From positions 3,841 to 67,840 of the forward strand of contig CAVFNZ010000001.1 in NCBI GenBank assembly GCA_963624095.1: a stretch of DNA of 64,000 nucleotides. Reading direction: 5' to 3'. This stretch comes from Clostridium sp. CAG:217 (lineage in GTDB: Bacteria; Bacteroidota; Bacteroidia; Bacteroidales; Bacteroidaceae). Positions within the stretch are counted from its first letter, which is position 1, and each line of letters opens with the position of its first letter. The translations under genes and the position numbers were made by a program. The notes under the pieces were generated by a model. That model was not told the DNA's origin. It did not search any database and saw only the letters and a program-made list of their open reading frames with translations. Shown here piece after piece: positions 10,405 through 19,578 of the stretch.

Positions 10405-10557
10405 AGTGAAATAGCTGTATGGGGCAAACAATTACAGAAATATTTCTTTATTCCAAGGCGTTGTCCCCTGTCCCGGCCTCGAAAGGGACGGAGGGGTACT
10501 GTGGGCGATGGTGCAACGAATCTGGCCGTATCCGTACGTTGCCGCGCCACAAAACGA

Positions 10558-10591
10558 GAGGAGGCCGAACCTCTTATGGTACGACCTCCTC
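10558..10591 (-). terminator. Putative terminator after the SDR gene
   Basis: GAGGAGGCCGAACC...GGTACGACCTCCTC imperfect stem followed by CGTTTT on the minus strand. Confidence 0.55.
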
Positions 10592-10639
10592 GTTGTCGGT
10601 TCCCACGTCAATGTTTGGGAGTAATTCGTTTGGTGCGGT

Positions 10640-11452
10640 TTACATGGTGTAGACGTTGAATCCGCCGTCTACCACGGCTACGGTGCCGGTGACGAACTTC
10701 GACGCGTCGCTAATCAGGTACTGTATGGTTCCGCACAGCTCTTCGGGTTGGCCGAAGCGTTTGAACGGAGTCTGGCGTATCACGTCGTTGCCGCGTTGGG
10801 TGTAGCTGCCGTCCTCGTTGGTCAGCAGGGTGCGGTTCTGTTCGGTCAGGAAGAATCCCGGAGCGATGGCGTTCACACGGATGCCTTCGCCAAACTTGGA
10901 GGCTACCTCCGTGGCCATGTAGGCCGTGAAGTTGGAGATGCCCGCTTTGGCTGCCGCATAGCCGCAGACGCGTGTCATCGGGCGGAAGGCTGCCATGGAC
11001 GAGAAGTTGACGATGCAACCGCTCTTTTGCTCCACCATCGGTTTCAGGAATACCTGTGTCGGGATGACCGTTCCGGTGAGGTTCAGGTTCAGCACGGTCT
11101 GGAAGGCTTCCGGCTTCAGGTCGAAGAAGGTGCCGTCGGGTGCTATGGTAGCTCCGGCCATGTTTCCGCCAGCCGCGTTTAGCAATGCGTCCACGCGTCC
11201 ATAGGCGGCGAGCACGTCTTTCAGGTTCTGTTCCACAACCTCCACCTTCATTACGTCCGTGGTGAGGAACATTGCCTCGCCACCTGCCTTACGGATGTTC
11301 TCTACGATGGCGTTGCCTGCGTCGGCGCGTCGTCCCATCACCACCACCTTGGCTCCTTCTTTGCCCAGGTACTCGGCGATGCATTTGCCCAATACGCCCG
11401 TTCCACCGGTTATCACCACCACTTTGTCTTTTACACTGAATAATTCGTTCAT
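10640..11452 (-). CDS. SDR-family oxidoreductase, D-mannonate oxidoreductase-like
   Basis: TGGTGVLG, NAAGGN, YAAAK catalytic motif, VNAIAPGFF. Confidence 0.85.
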   Translation of the reverse strand: MNELFSVKDKVVVITGGTGVLGKCIAEYLGKEGAKVVVMGRRADAGNAIVENIRKAGGEAMFLTTDVMKVEVVEQNLKDVLAAYGRVDALLNAAGGNMAGATIAPDGTFFDLKPEAFQTVLNLNLTGTVIPTQVFLKPMVEQKSGCIVNFSSMAAFRPMTRVCGYAAAKAGISNFTAYMATEVASKFGEGIRVNAIAPGFFLTEQNRTLLTNEDGSYTQRGNDVIRQTPFKRFGQPEELCGTIQYLISDASKFVTGTVAVVDGGFNVYTM

Positions 11453-11579
11453 GATTGTATTACGTTACGTTTTGTCTCGTTTTGTTCTCTCCTCGCAAAG
11501 GTAGCGTTTTTTGCAGAACCGCCACTCCCTTTCACCCTAAAAACTTCATCGGGAAATGAACCTATACCTTGTTGTCAGA

Positions 11580-11637
11580 TGAGGTTAACCTCGTTGGCTT
11601 GTGAGGTTAACCTCTCGGGCTTGTGAGGTTAACCTCA
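11580..11637. repeat. Three copies of the palindrome GAGGTTAACCTC at a 22-bp period
   Basis: Cores start at 11581, 11603 and 11625; the linkers end in GGCTTGT. Confidence 0.9.
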
Positions 11638-11716
11638 TGTTTACCCTGATTTTGCTTGTCAGTTTTCCGGTTCCGTGACTAACGTTCTTGTCAACCCTGT
11701 TCACCAATGTTGGACG

Positions 11717-12349
11717 TTACCCCTTCACGCTGTCGCGAAGTACCAGGAGGCTTTCGGGACCCATGTTGAAGAGGAGGTCCACGATGCTCAGATTGGGCAG
11801 GAAACCATAGTGCTCCCTGAAGACTTGGTAGTAGGGTTGAGGCCGGAATGTCTCGTCCTCGTGCCAGTCGCGCTTGGGGTGGATGCGCTCGCGCCAGTCC
11901 GCCTCATCGGGGCGGAACTGTTGTTTATAGTCAGAAGTGGGCAGCACTTCCGGGTTGAGGTCTATCAGGCGACAGACCAACCGGCGCAGCTCCTCGTTGA
12001 AATCGTAGAGAAAGGGATATTTCTTTTCGTAGAAGGGTCGGAAATCGTCTTGGTAATATTCAAAGAAAGGGCTGTTGCTGTAGGCACTCTCCAAGGCTGT
12101 CCAGTGCAGATGACGCCAGTTGCCGTGGTCGGAGATGCGGACATCCTTCATCAGGCACTTTAGGGTTTCGGGCTTCTCGGTGGGGATGCTGAGTGTCAGT
12201 GGACCGTCGGTGGTCGCTATCACGCACCGGTTGCGGTAGGTCTGTTTCATGTAGTGGTCGTACCCCTCGATGTAGGCACGCCGACAGGCGAAGAGCTTGG
12301 TGTAGTATTGCACCGGAGCCAAGTATGCGGAAGTCAAGTAGCAGTCCAT
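11717..12349 (-). CDS. WbqC-like family protein
   Basis: YLAPVQYY, KQTYRNRC, AYSNSPFFEYY, YYQVF...FLPNLSIVDLLFNMGPES. Confidence 0.88.
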   Translation of the reverse strand: MDCYLTSAYLAPVQYYTKLFACRRAYIEGYDHYMKQTYRNRCVIATTDGPLTLSIPTEKPETLKCLMKDVRISDHGNWRHLHWTALESAYSNSPFFEYYQDDFRPFYEKKYPFLYDFNEELRRLVCRLIDLNPEVLPTSDYKQQFRPDEADWRERIHPKRDWHEDETFRPQPYYQVFREHYGFLPNLSIVDLLFNMGPESLLVLRDSVKG

Positions 12350-12387
12350 TGCGGTTGGTTGATGATGGCGTTATTACTCAAATTTGT

Positions 12388-13620
12388 TTATCCGAAGAAA
12401 AGGTATCCGATGAAGATGGCGGCGGTGATACCGGCCAGGTCGGCCAACAGTCCGCAAGCCACGGCATGACGGGTGTATTTGATGTTTACGCTGCCGAAGT
12501 AGACCGCCAGAATGTAGAAAGTGGTGTCCGTAGACCCCTGAAACAGGCAAGCCAGGCGACCCGTAAAGGAATCCGCTCCGTAGGTGGTCATGGCATCTAC
12601 CATCAAGCCGCGAGCCCCTCCACCGCTCAAGGGTTTCATCAGTGCCGTGGGGAGTGCTCCCACAAAGTCCGTGTTGCCTCCGCACAGACTCACCAATCGT
12701 TCCACTCCGCCGATGAGAATGTCCATGGCACCCGATGCGCGGAAAACGCCGATGCCCACCAGGATAGCCACCAAATAGGGGATGATGCGCACAGCGGTCT
12801 GAAATCCCTCCTTGGCTCCGTCCACAAACGCCTCATAGACATTGACGCGTTTGCGTACGCCCGCAATGATGAAACCGATGATGACGGAAAACAACAGGAT
12901 GTTGGCTACGGAAGTGGACACGGTGTCCATCGCCTCTTTCGACAGGTTGCTGAATCCCCAGATGATGCCTGCCACCGCCAGGCACATGCCGCCCAAGGTG
13001 AGCGTCAGGGTGCGGTTGAACAGGTTGATGCGTTGGTAGAGGCTCACGGCCAGCAGGCCTATCATGGTGGAGAAGAAGGTGGCCAACAGGATAGGAATGA
13101 AGACATCCGTAGGCTGAGCCGCCCCCAACTGCGCCCGGTACACCATGATGCTGACCGGTATGATGGTGAGTCCGGAAGTGTTGAGCACCAGGAACATAAT
13201 CATGGGATTGCTGGCTGTGTCTTTCTTCGGGTTCAGTTCCTGCATCTGCTCCATGGCTTTCAGCCCCATGGGCGTGGCGGCGTTGTCCAGTCCCAGCATG
13301 TTGGCGGAGATGTTCATGAAGATGGTACCCGTCACCGGGTGGCCTTTCGGTATGTCGGGGAACAAGCGGCTGAAGACGGGACTCAGCATGCGTGCGAAGA
13401 CGCTCACCACCCCGCCTTGTTCACCGATGCGCATGATTCCTAACCAAAGGGAGAGTACGCCGGTCAGTCCCAAGGATATCTTGAATGCCGTCTCCGCCGA
13501 GCTGAAAGTGGAGTTCATGATGGCGGGGAAAATCTCGGTGTCTCCCATGAAAAGGAGTCGGACGAGGGCGATGACGAACGCCACCACGAAGAACGTAATC
13601 CAGATATAGTTCAGTACCAT
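12388..13620 (-). CDS. SpmA/SpmB-like nucleoside-recognition (gate) domain membrane protein
   Basis: ANMLGLDNAATPMGLKAM, LMKPLSGGGARG, QGSTDTTFYILAVYFG; polytopic. Confidence 0.88.
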   Translation of the reverse strand: MVLNYIWITFFVVAFVIALVRLLFMGDTEIFPAIMNSTFSSAETAFKISLGLTGVLSLWLGIMRIGEQGGVVSVFARMLSPVFSRLFPDIPKGHPVTGTIFMNISANMLGLDNAATPMGLKAMEQMQELNPKKDTASNPMIMFLVLNTSGLTIIPVSIMVYRAQLGAAQPTDVFIPILLATFFSTMIGLLAVSLYQRINLFNRTLTLTLGGMCLAVAGIIWGFSNLSKEAMDTVSTSVANILLFSVIIGFIIAGVRKRVNVYEAFVDGAKEGFQTAVRIIPYLVAILVGIGVFRASGAMDILIGGVERLVSLCGGNTDFVGALPTALMKPLSGGGARGLMVDAMTTYGADSFTGRLACLFQGSTDTTFYILAVYFGSVNIKYTRHAVACGLLADLAGITAAIFIGYLFFG

Positions 13621-13638
13621 AGTCGCCGCTTTTGCCTG

Positions 13639-14058
13639 TTAAGCCTGTGTACGCATGGCCAAGGCTTTGTTCTCGGCCGCTTCCATGATTTCGCGCTCAC
13701 CCGGCCCTTTGTCGTTGATGCCGCACAGGTGCAGGATGCCGTGTATGATGACGCGGTGAAGCTCTTCGTCGTAGGTGGCACCCACCTGCTCGGCGTTGGT
13801 GCGTACGGTGTCGAGGCTGATGAAGAGGTCACCGCTGATGGTGTCGCCCTCGCAATAGTCGAAGGTGATGATGTCCGTGTAGTAGTCGTGCTGCAGGTAT
13901 TGCCTGTTCACCTCCAGTATCTTGTCGTCGGAGCAGAAGATGTAGGCTATCTCGCTCACCTTCTTGCCGTAGGATGCCGCAACGGCCTTCACCCACGCAC
14001 TGTTTTCTTTCCGTTTGATGGCGGGCATCTTCACGCCATCGGTCTGATAACTGATCAT
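13639..14058 (-). CDS. ybeY: rRNA maturation endoribonuclease YbeY
   Basis: YYTDIITF and HRVIIHGILHLCG metal-binding motif. Confidence 0.93.
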   Translation of the reverse strand: MISYQTDGVKMPAIKRKENSAWVKAVAASYGKKVSEIAYIFCSDDKILEVNRQYLQHDYYTDIITFDYCEGDTISGDLFISLDTVRTNAEQVGATYDEELHRVIIHGILHLCGINDKGPGEREIMEAAENKALAMRTQA

Positions 14059-15644
14059 TGTTTCTGCTTTGTCATTAAACTTTCAAAATCGTCATGCCGC
14101 AGCAACTCCAAGGCCTTCTGCACACTCTCGTTGTCGCGGTTCATCACTCGGTAGTATCCGTCCATGTCCCAAAGGTCGCGCGCTATCAGGGCTTTCAGTT
14201 GGTTGTGGAGCAACGCTTTTCCCTTTTGGTATCCCTCCTCGTCATAATGCACGCCCACCTTCTCGCCTTCGCTCTTCAGCAGCTCGATGAGTGCCGGTGT
14301 CACGCTGAACTTTTCATCGAATTCATCGAAGCTTTTGTATTGCTTCTTCAGCGTTTGCCGGTTGTTGTCCACATACTGGAGCGTGGACTTGATGATGGCA
14401 CCCTTGGCGGAGAGTTGCAGATGATAGTCGGAGTAGCGTGTGGTGTCCAGCGGCACATAGTAGTCCGGCATGATGCCTCCGCCTCCGTAGACCACCCGTT
14501 CCAGCCGTTTGGTCCTGTACTTCAGCGAGTCGGGGAAGTGGATGCTGTCGGCATTGCTCATCTCTCCGCTGTTGTAGCGGTTGATGAGGTCTTGGTTATA
14601 TTGTTCGATGCTCTCGTAGGGTTTCTGTATGCAGCGACCCGTGGGGGTGTAGTAACGGGCGATGGTGAGCCGTATCATCGAGCCGTCGGGCAGGTCGACA
14701 GGACGTTGCACCAGTCCCTTGCCGAACGAGCGTCGTCCCACCACCAGACCGCGGTCCCAGTCCTGTATGGCTCCGGTGACAATCTCCGATGCCGAGGCGG
14801 TATACGAGTCGATGAGAACGATCAACCGCCCCTCCTTGAACTTGCCTGTGCCGTGCGCCTGGAAGGCGTTGCGCGGACTGCGTCGTCCTTCGGTGTAGAC
14901 AATCAGTTCGTTGGCCTGCAGAAACTCGTTGGCCAGTCCCACGGCGGCGTTCAGGTAGCCGCCCCCGTTGCCTTGCAGGTCGAGGATAAGGTCCTTCATC
15001 CCTTTCTTGCGGAGGTTCTTCAGCGCTGTTTCAAACTCGTCCACGGTGGTGGCACCGAAATTGTTGATGCGTATGTAGCCGATGCCTTTCTTCACGATGT
15101 GCGCGGCATCCACGCTGTGTACGGGAATCTTGTCGCGGGTCACGTCGAATTGGAGTATATCCGCGATGCCGCGCCGCACGACACCTAATTTCACCTTACT
15201 CCCCTTGGGACCCCGCAAGCGGCGGGTGATGTCGTTGGTCTGCATCTTTACGCCCGCTATGACGGTATCGTTCACATACACGATGCGGTCACCGGCCAGG
15301 ATACCGCACTTCTCCGAGGGGCCGTTCACGACGGGCTGAATCACCAATAGCGTGTCTTCCACCATGTTGAACTGCACGCCGATGCCTTCGAAGTTGCCTT
15401 GCAAAGGCTCGTTCAGCTTCTTCACCTCCTCGGGGTTGGCGTAGGTGGAGTGGGGGTCGAGCTGTTCCAGCATCTTCGTGATGGCGGCCTCCACCAGTTT
15501 GTTCTCGTCCACGCTGTCCACATAGAGGTTACTGATGGCGAACTCCGCTATCTGCAGTTTGCGGGCCGGTGTCACCTTCTTGTTTTGAGCCATCGTCAGA
15601 TTGGCGGTGAGGAACAGGCCGATGAGAAAATAAATCTTTTTCAT
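14055..15644 (-). CDS. S41 carboxy-terminal processing protease
   Basis: Signal peptide, LDPHS, PDZ (FEGIGV), LDLQGNGGG, TASASEI, SFGKGLVQ. Confidence 0.93.
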   Translation of the reverse strand: MKKIYFLIGLFLTANLTMAQNKKVTPARKLQIAEFAISNLYVDSVDENKLVEAAITKMLEQLDPHSTYANPEEVKKLNEPLQGNFEGIGVQFNMVEDTLLVIQPVVNGPSEKCGILAGDRIVYVNDTVIAGVKMQTNDITRRLRGPKGSKVKLGVVRRGIADILQFDVTRDKIPVHSVDAAHIVKKGIGYIRINNFGATTVDEFETALKNLRKKGMKDLILDLQGNGGGYLNAAVGLANEFLQANELIVYTEGRRSPRNAFQAHGTGKFKEGRLIVLIDSYTASASEIVTGAIQDWDRGLVVGRRSFGKGLVQRPVDLPDGSMIRLTIARYYTPTGRCIQKPYESIEQYNQDLINRYNSGEMSNADSIHFPDSLKYRTKRLERVVYGGGGIMPDYYVPLDTTRYSDYHLQLSAKGAIIKSTLQYVDNNRQTLKKQYKSFDEFDEKFSVTPALIELLKSEGEKVGVHYDEEGYQKGKALLHNQLKALIARDLWDMDGYYRVMNRDNESVQKALELLRHDDFESLMTKQKQ

Positions 15645-15671
15645 GTGCTTGAATCTATACCTATTGATTTG

Positions 15672-16136
15672 TTATTTCGTTTCGTCGATGATGAGGCCCT
15701 TGGGCACGAAGGGGGTGATGTCCTTGCCATAGCTGAGCAGCTCCCTCACGATGCTGGAGCTGACGCTGGTCAGTTCCGGTTCGGTGAAGAGCAGAATGGT
15801 CTCGATGCCGGAGAGCTGCCGGTTGATGTCGGCAATGGTCTCCTCGTACTCAAAGTCCTTCACCGTGCGGATTCCCCGGATGATGAATCCGGCATCCATC
15901 CGCTTGGCGAAGTCGCACGTCAAGTCGCTGTACGCCTCCACCTTCACGCGCGGATTGTCGGCATAGAGCCGTTTGATCATCTCCACCCTCTTCTCCGTGG
16001 TGAACCAGGTGCGTTTCCCTTCGTTGACACCTATGCCGATGACGAGCTCGTCCATGAAGGTGAGTGCACGCCTCACTACCGAGTAGTGCCCCGTGGTGAA
16101 GGGGTCGAAAGTCCCCGGGAATATCGCTCTTTTCAT
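15672..16136 (-). CDS. coaD: Phosphopantetheine adenylyltransferase
   Basis: [26 protein letters not shown]. Confidence 0.96.
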   Translation of the reverse strand: MKRAIFPGTFDPFTTGHYSVVRRALTFMDELVIGIGVNEGKRTWFTTEKRVEMIKRLYADNPRVKVEAYSDLTCDFAKRMDAGFIIRGIRTVKDFEYEETIADINRQLSGIETILLFTEPELTSVSSSIVRELLSYGKDITPFVPKGLIIDETK

Positions 16137-18079
16137 ACCATTGCCTCCTCTTCGTCGTTGGCGGCGTCCTCTTCAATCACCAAGTTGTTGATGATGAAGT
16201 TCTGCCTCTCCATGGTGTTCTTACCCATATAGAATCCCAACAGCTCGTTCACGGCATCGGTCTTGCGCAGGGTGACGGGTTCCAGCCGCATATCCTTGCC
16301 GATGAAGTGTTTGAACTCGTCGGGCGAAATCTCTCCGAGTCCTTTGAATCGGGTAATCTCCGGGTCCGGACTCAGTTTCTCGATGGCTGCCACCCGTTCC
16401 TCGTCCGAGTAGCAATAGATGGTTTCGTAGTCGTCCTTGCCCCCCTTCTCGCTCTTGCTGCCTTTGATTCTCTTCTTGCGGTTGCGCACGCGGAACAGCG
16501 GTGTCTGCAGGATGTAGACATGTCCCTTCTTGATGAGGTCGGGGAAGAATTGCAGGAAGAAGGTAATCATCAGCAGACGGATGTGCATGCCGTCCACATC
16601 GGCATCGGTGGCGACAATCACTTTGTTGTAGCGAAGCCCGTCCAGCCCGTCCTCGATGTTGAGTGCCGCCTGCAGTAGGTTGAACTCCTCGTTCTCGTAT
16701 ACCACCTTCTTGGTCAAGCCAAACGAGTTGAGCGGTTTACCGCGTAGGCTAAACACCGCCTGCGTGTTCACGTCGCGGCTCTTGGTGATGGATCCGCTGG
16801 CGGAGTCACCCTCGGTGATGAAGATGCTGCTCTCCTCCAGGTTGTCACCCTTCGTGTCGTTGAGGTGGATGCGGCAGTCGCGCAGCTTGCGGTTGTGCAG
16901 GTTCGCCTTCTTGGCGCGTTCGCGCGCCAGCTTCGTGACACCCGCGATGGCTTTGCGCTCTTTCTCCGAATCCTGTATCTTTTGCAACATCACGTTGGCG
17001 ATGTCGGTGTTCTTATGAAGGAAATTGTCCACTTCCGTCTTGACGAAGTCGCCCACGAACTTGTTGAGGTTTGGCCCGTCCGGTGCCATCTTCGTGGAGC
17101 CTAATTTCACTTTCGTCTGGCTCTCGAACACGGGCTCTTCCACATTGATGGCGATGGCCGCCACCATGCCGTTGCGGATGTCCGCATAGTCGAAATTCTT
17201 ATTGTAGAACTCCTTGATGGCGCGCGCGATGTGCTCCTTGAAGGCACTTTGGTGCGTACCGCCTTGGGTGGTATGCTGCCCGTTGACGAACGAGTGGTAC
17301 TCTTCGCCGTATTGGTCCGTGTGGGTGAAGGCAATCTCGATGTCCTCACCCTTCAGGTGGATGATGGGATAGAGGCAGGTTGCCGTCATGGAGTCGGTGA
17401 GCAAGTCCACCAAGCCGTTGCGCGATAGGATACGCTGTCCGTTGTAGAGGATGGTGAGCCCCGTGTTCAGGTAGGTGTAGTTGCGCAGCATCGTCTCGAT
17501 GAACTCTCCATGAAACCGGTAGTTCTCGAAGAGCATGCTGTCCGGTTCAAAGAAAATGTAGGTGCCGGTCTCTTCGGTGGTCTCCCGTGTCGTGTCGCTC
17601 TGTAGGATGCCTCGTTCGAAGATGGCCTCGCGCACCTTGCCGTCGCGGTAACTGCGCACCTCGAATCGTCGGCTCAGCGCGTTCACGGCCTTCACGCCCA
17701 CGCCGTTTAGTCCCACGCTCTTCTTGAAGGCCTTGCTGTCGTACTTGCCGCCGGTGTTGAGCATGCTCACCGCTTCGATGAGTTTCCCTTGCGGGATGCC
17801 CCGTCCGTAGTCGCGTACGCTTACTCGCAGGTTCTCTTCCATATCTATCTCGATGCGTTTGCCGGCGTGCATCTTGAACTCGTCGATGCTGTTGTCGATG
17901 ACCTCTTTCAGCAACACGTAGATGCCGTCCTCGGCATAACTTCCGTCGCCCAGCTTACCGATGTACATACCCGGGCGGGTACGCACATGCTCCATGTCGC
18001 TCAGGTGGCGGATGTTGTCATCGGTATATTCCACCTGTTGCTCCGTGGAGCTGAATTGCAATTCGTTCTCTTCTGGCAT
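16133..18079 (-). CDS. parE: DNA topoisomerase IV subunit B
   Basis: [40 protein letters not shown] (TOPRIM), RFKGLGE. The Bacteroidetes ParE-type sequence fits better than GyrB. Confidence 0.9.
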   Translation of the reverse strand: MPEENELQFSSTEQQVEYTDDNIRHLSDMEHVRTRPGMYIGKLGDGSYAEDGIYVLLKEVIDNSIDEFKMHAGKRIEIDMEENLRVSVRDYGRGIPQGKLIEAVSMLNTGGKYDSKAFKKSVGLNGVGVKAVNALSRRFEVRSYRDGKVREAIFERGILQSDTTRETTEETGTYIFFEPDSMLFENYRFHGEFIETMLRNYTYLNTGLTILYNGQRILSRNGLVDLLTDSMTATCLYPIIHLKGEDIEIAFTHTDQYGEEYHSFVNGQHTTQGGTHQSAFKEHIARAIKEFYNKNFDYADIRNGMVAAIAINVEEPVFESQTKVKLGSTKMAPDGPNLNKFVGDFVKTEVDNFLHKNTDIANVMLQKIQDSEKERKAIAGVTKLARERAKKANLHNRKLRDCRIHLNDTKGDNLEESSIFITEGDSASGSITKSRDVNTQAVFSLRGKPLNSFGLTKKVVYENEEFNLLQAALNIEDGLDGLRYNKVIVATDADVDGMHIRLLMITFFLQFFPDLIKKGHVYILQTPLFRVRNRKKRIKGSKSEKGGKDDYETIYCYSDEERVAAIEKLSPDPEITRFKGLGEISPDEFKHFIGKDMRLEPVTLRKTDAVNELLGFYMGKNTMERQNFIINNLVIEEDAANDEEEAMV

Positions 18080-18125
18080 ATTGTACGATTCTTTTTTCTA
18101 TGTTGTATGTGCGGTAGCGGGTCTG

Positions 18126-19265
18126 TCACGCCGTTATCTGTTTGCGGTAGGCCCTGCGGCGTTTGTGCTGACGGGTCTCGAAATACTCCCATTGCGCCTG
18201 CACCTTGTTGTTGGTCTCCAGCTCGGGGTTACTCTCCGCGTCCAACAGTCCGAGTTTGTTGTAGGCGGGGATAAGGTCGGTAAACAACAGGGCGTTCACT
18301 CCCTTGCTTTGGTATTCGGGTTTGATGCCCACCAGCAGCAGGTCGAGCGTATGCGGCTTTTTCCAGTAGAGGGCTTTCAGCAGGTAGTACCATCCGAAGG
18401 GAAGCAAGCGGCCTTTGGCCTTCTGCAGGGCAACCGAGAGGGAGGGCATGGAAACGCCAACGCCCACCAGTTCGTTGTTCTCGTCCTCTATCAGCGTCAC
18501 CATGCGGAGGTCGAGGATAGGCAGGTATCTCTTCACATACTGCATAATCTGTCGCTCCGTCATCTGTGAGTAACCGTAGAGCTGGGCGTAACATTCGTTG
18601 ATGAGTTTGAATATCCGTGGACCATAGTTGCCGCGGTTCACCTCCTTCATGTTCTTCAGCTTCTTCACGCGCAGTTTGTATTTGCGGCATACGATGTCGG
18701 CGATGCGCTGCATCTTCTCCGGCACGCTGTCCGGCACGTTGATGCGGAACTCCACCCAGTCGGCATCCTTCTCGAAGCCCATCTGTTCGATGTGTTTGGG
18801 GTAGTAGGGGTAGTTGTAGATGGTCGCCATGGTGCTCAGCTCGTCGAATCCCTCCACCAGCATTCCTTCGGCATCCATGTCCGTGAACCCGAGCGGGCCT
18901 TGAATCTCTGTCATGCCCCGCTCTTTGCCCCATTGCTCCACTGTCTCTATCAAAGCCTTCGACACCTCCGGGTCATCGATGAAATCTATCCATCCGAAGC
19001 GTACGCTCCGCTTGTTCCACGTCTCGTTGGCCCGTTTGTTGATGATGGCCGCCACGCGTCCCACAATCTTTCCTTCGCGGTAAGCCAGGAAATAGGCTGC
19101 CTCGCAAAACTCCAGTGCCGCGTTCTTCTTGGGGTCGAACGTGTTGAGCATATCGTCGTACAGGTCCGGCACAGAGTAAGGGTTGTCCTTATAGAGAGTG
19201 TAGTTGAAACGGATGAAGGCCCGCAGTTCCTTTGCCGTGGACACTTGTTTGATAGTTACTGCCAT
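18126..19265 (-). CDS. GNAT-fold N-acetyltransferase-like protein (YghO-like)
   Basis: IVGRVAAI, RFGWIDFID, GPLGFTD, YNYPYY, PEYQSKGVNA, ELETN. Confidence 0.7.
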   Translation of the reverse strand: MAVTIKQVSTAKELRAFIRFNYTLYKDNPYSVPDLYDDMLNTFDPKKNAALEFCEAAYFLAYREGKIVGRVAAIINKRANETWNKRSVRFGWIDFIDDPEVSKALIETVEQWGKERGMTEIQGPLGFTDMDAEGMLVEGFDELSTMATIYNYPYYPKHIEQMGFEKDADWVEFRINVPDSVPEKMQRIADIVCRKYKLRVKKLKNMKEVNRGNYGPRIFKLINECYAQLYGYSQMTERQIMQYVKRYLPILDLRMVTLIEDENNELVGVGVSMPSLSVALQKAKGRLLPFGWYYLLKALYWKKPHTLDLLLVGIKPEYQSKGVNALLFTDLIPAYNKLGLLDAESNPELETNNKVQAQWEYFETRQHKRRRAYRKQITA

Positions 19266-19490
19266 GAGTTTATATCCTTGTTAGCTTTGGTTCAACATTC
19301 AAACCGCAAAGATAGTGTTTTTCCATGAATAGTTCGCCACAATTTTGGTTAAGACCGATGGATTCCCGTCTTATCTACATCTTTGTCCTCTGTAATATGA
19401 ACATGGAGGCTGCTGATAAAGGGGCGTTCAGTGTCCATCTCCTTCGGAAAGAGATAATAAGTCAGTGGTGGGCATTGGGTTATATAGGAA

Positions 19491-19520
19491 GGAGGGCGGA
19501 CTTTCACAAGTCCGCCCTCC
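19491..19520 (-). terminator. Terminator after the susC-susD-lipoprotein unit
   Basis: Perfect 12-bp stem GGAGGGCGGACT / AGTCCGCCCTCC. Confidence 0.75.
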
Positions 19521-19578
19521 CGGTCATTCACTTCTTATGCATGTATTGTAAGAAAGAAATCTCTTTTACTCCTCAGAA

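Noticed and set aside
11580..11637. CRISPR interpretation of the 22-bp arrays (also 34019-34105)
   Set aside because: Repeats of 10-12 bp with near-identical 10-12 bp linkers are far from CRISPR dimensions, and there are no cas genes.
16133..18079. parE without an adjacent parC
   Set aside because: Separate parE and parC genes are usual in Bacteroidetes.
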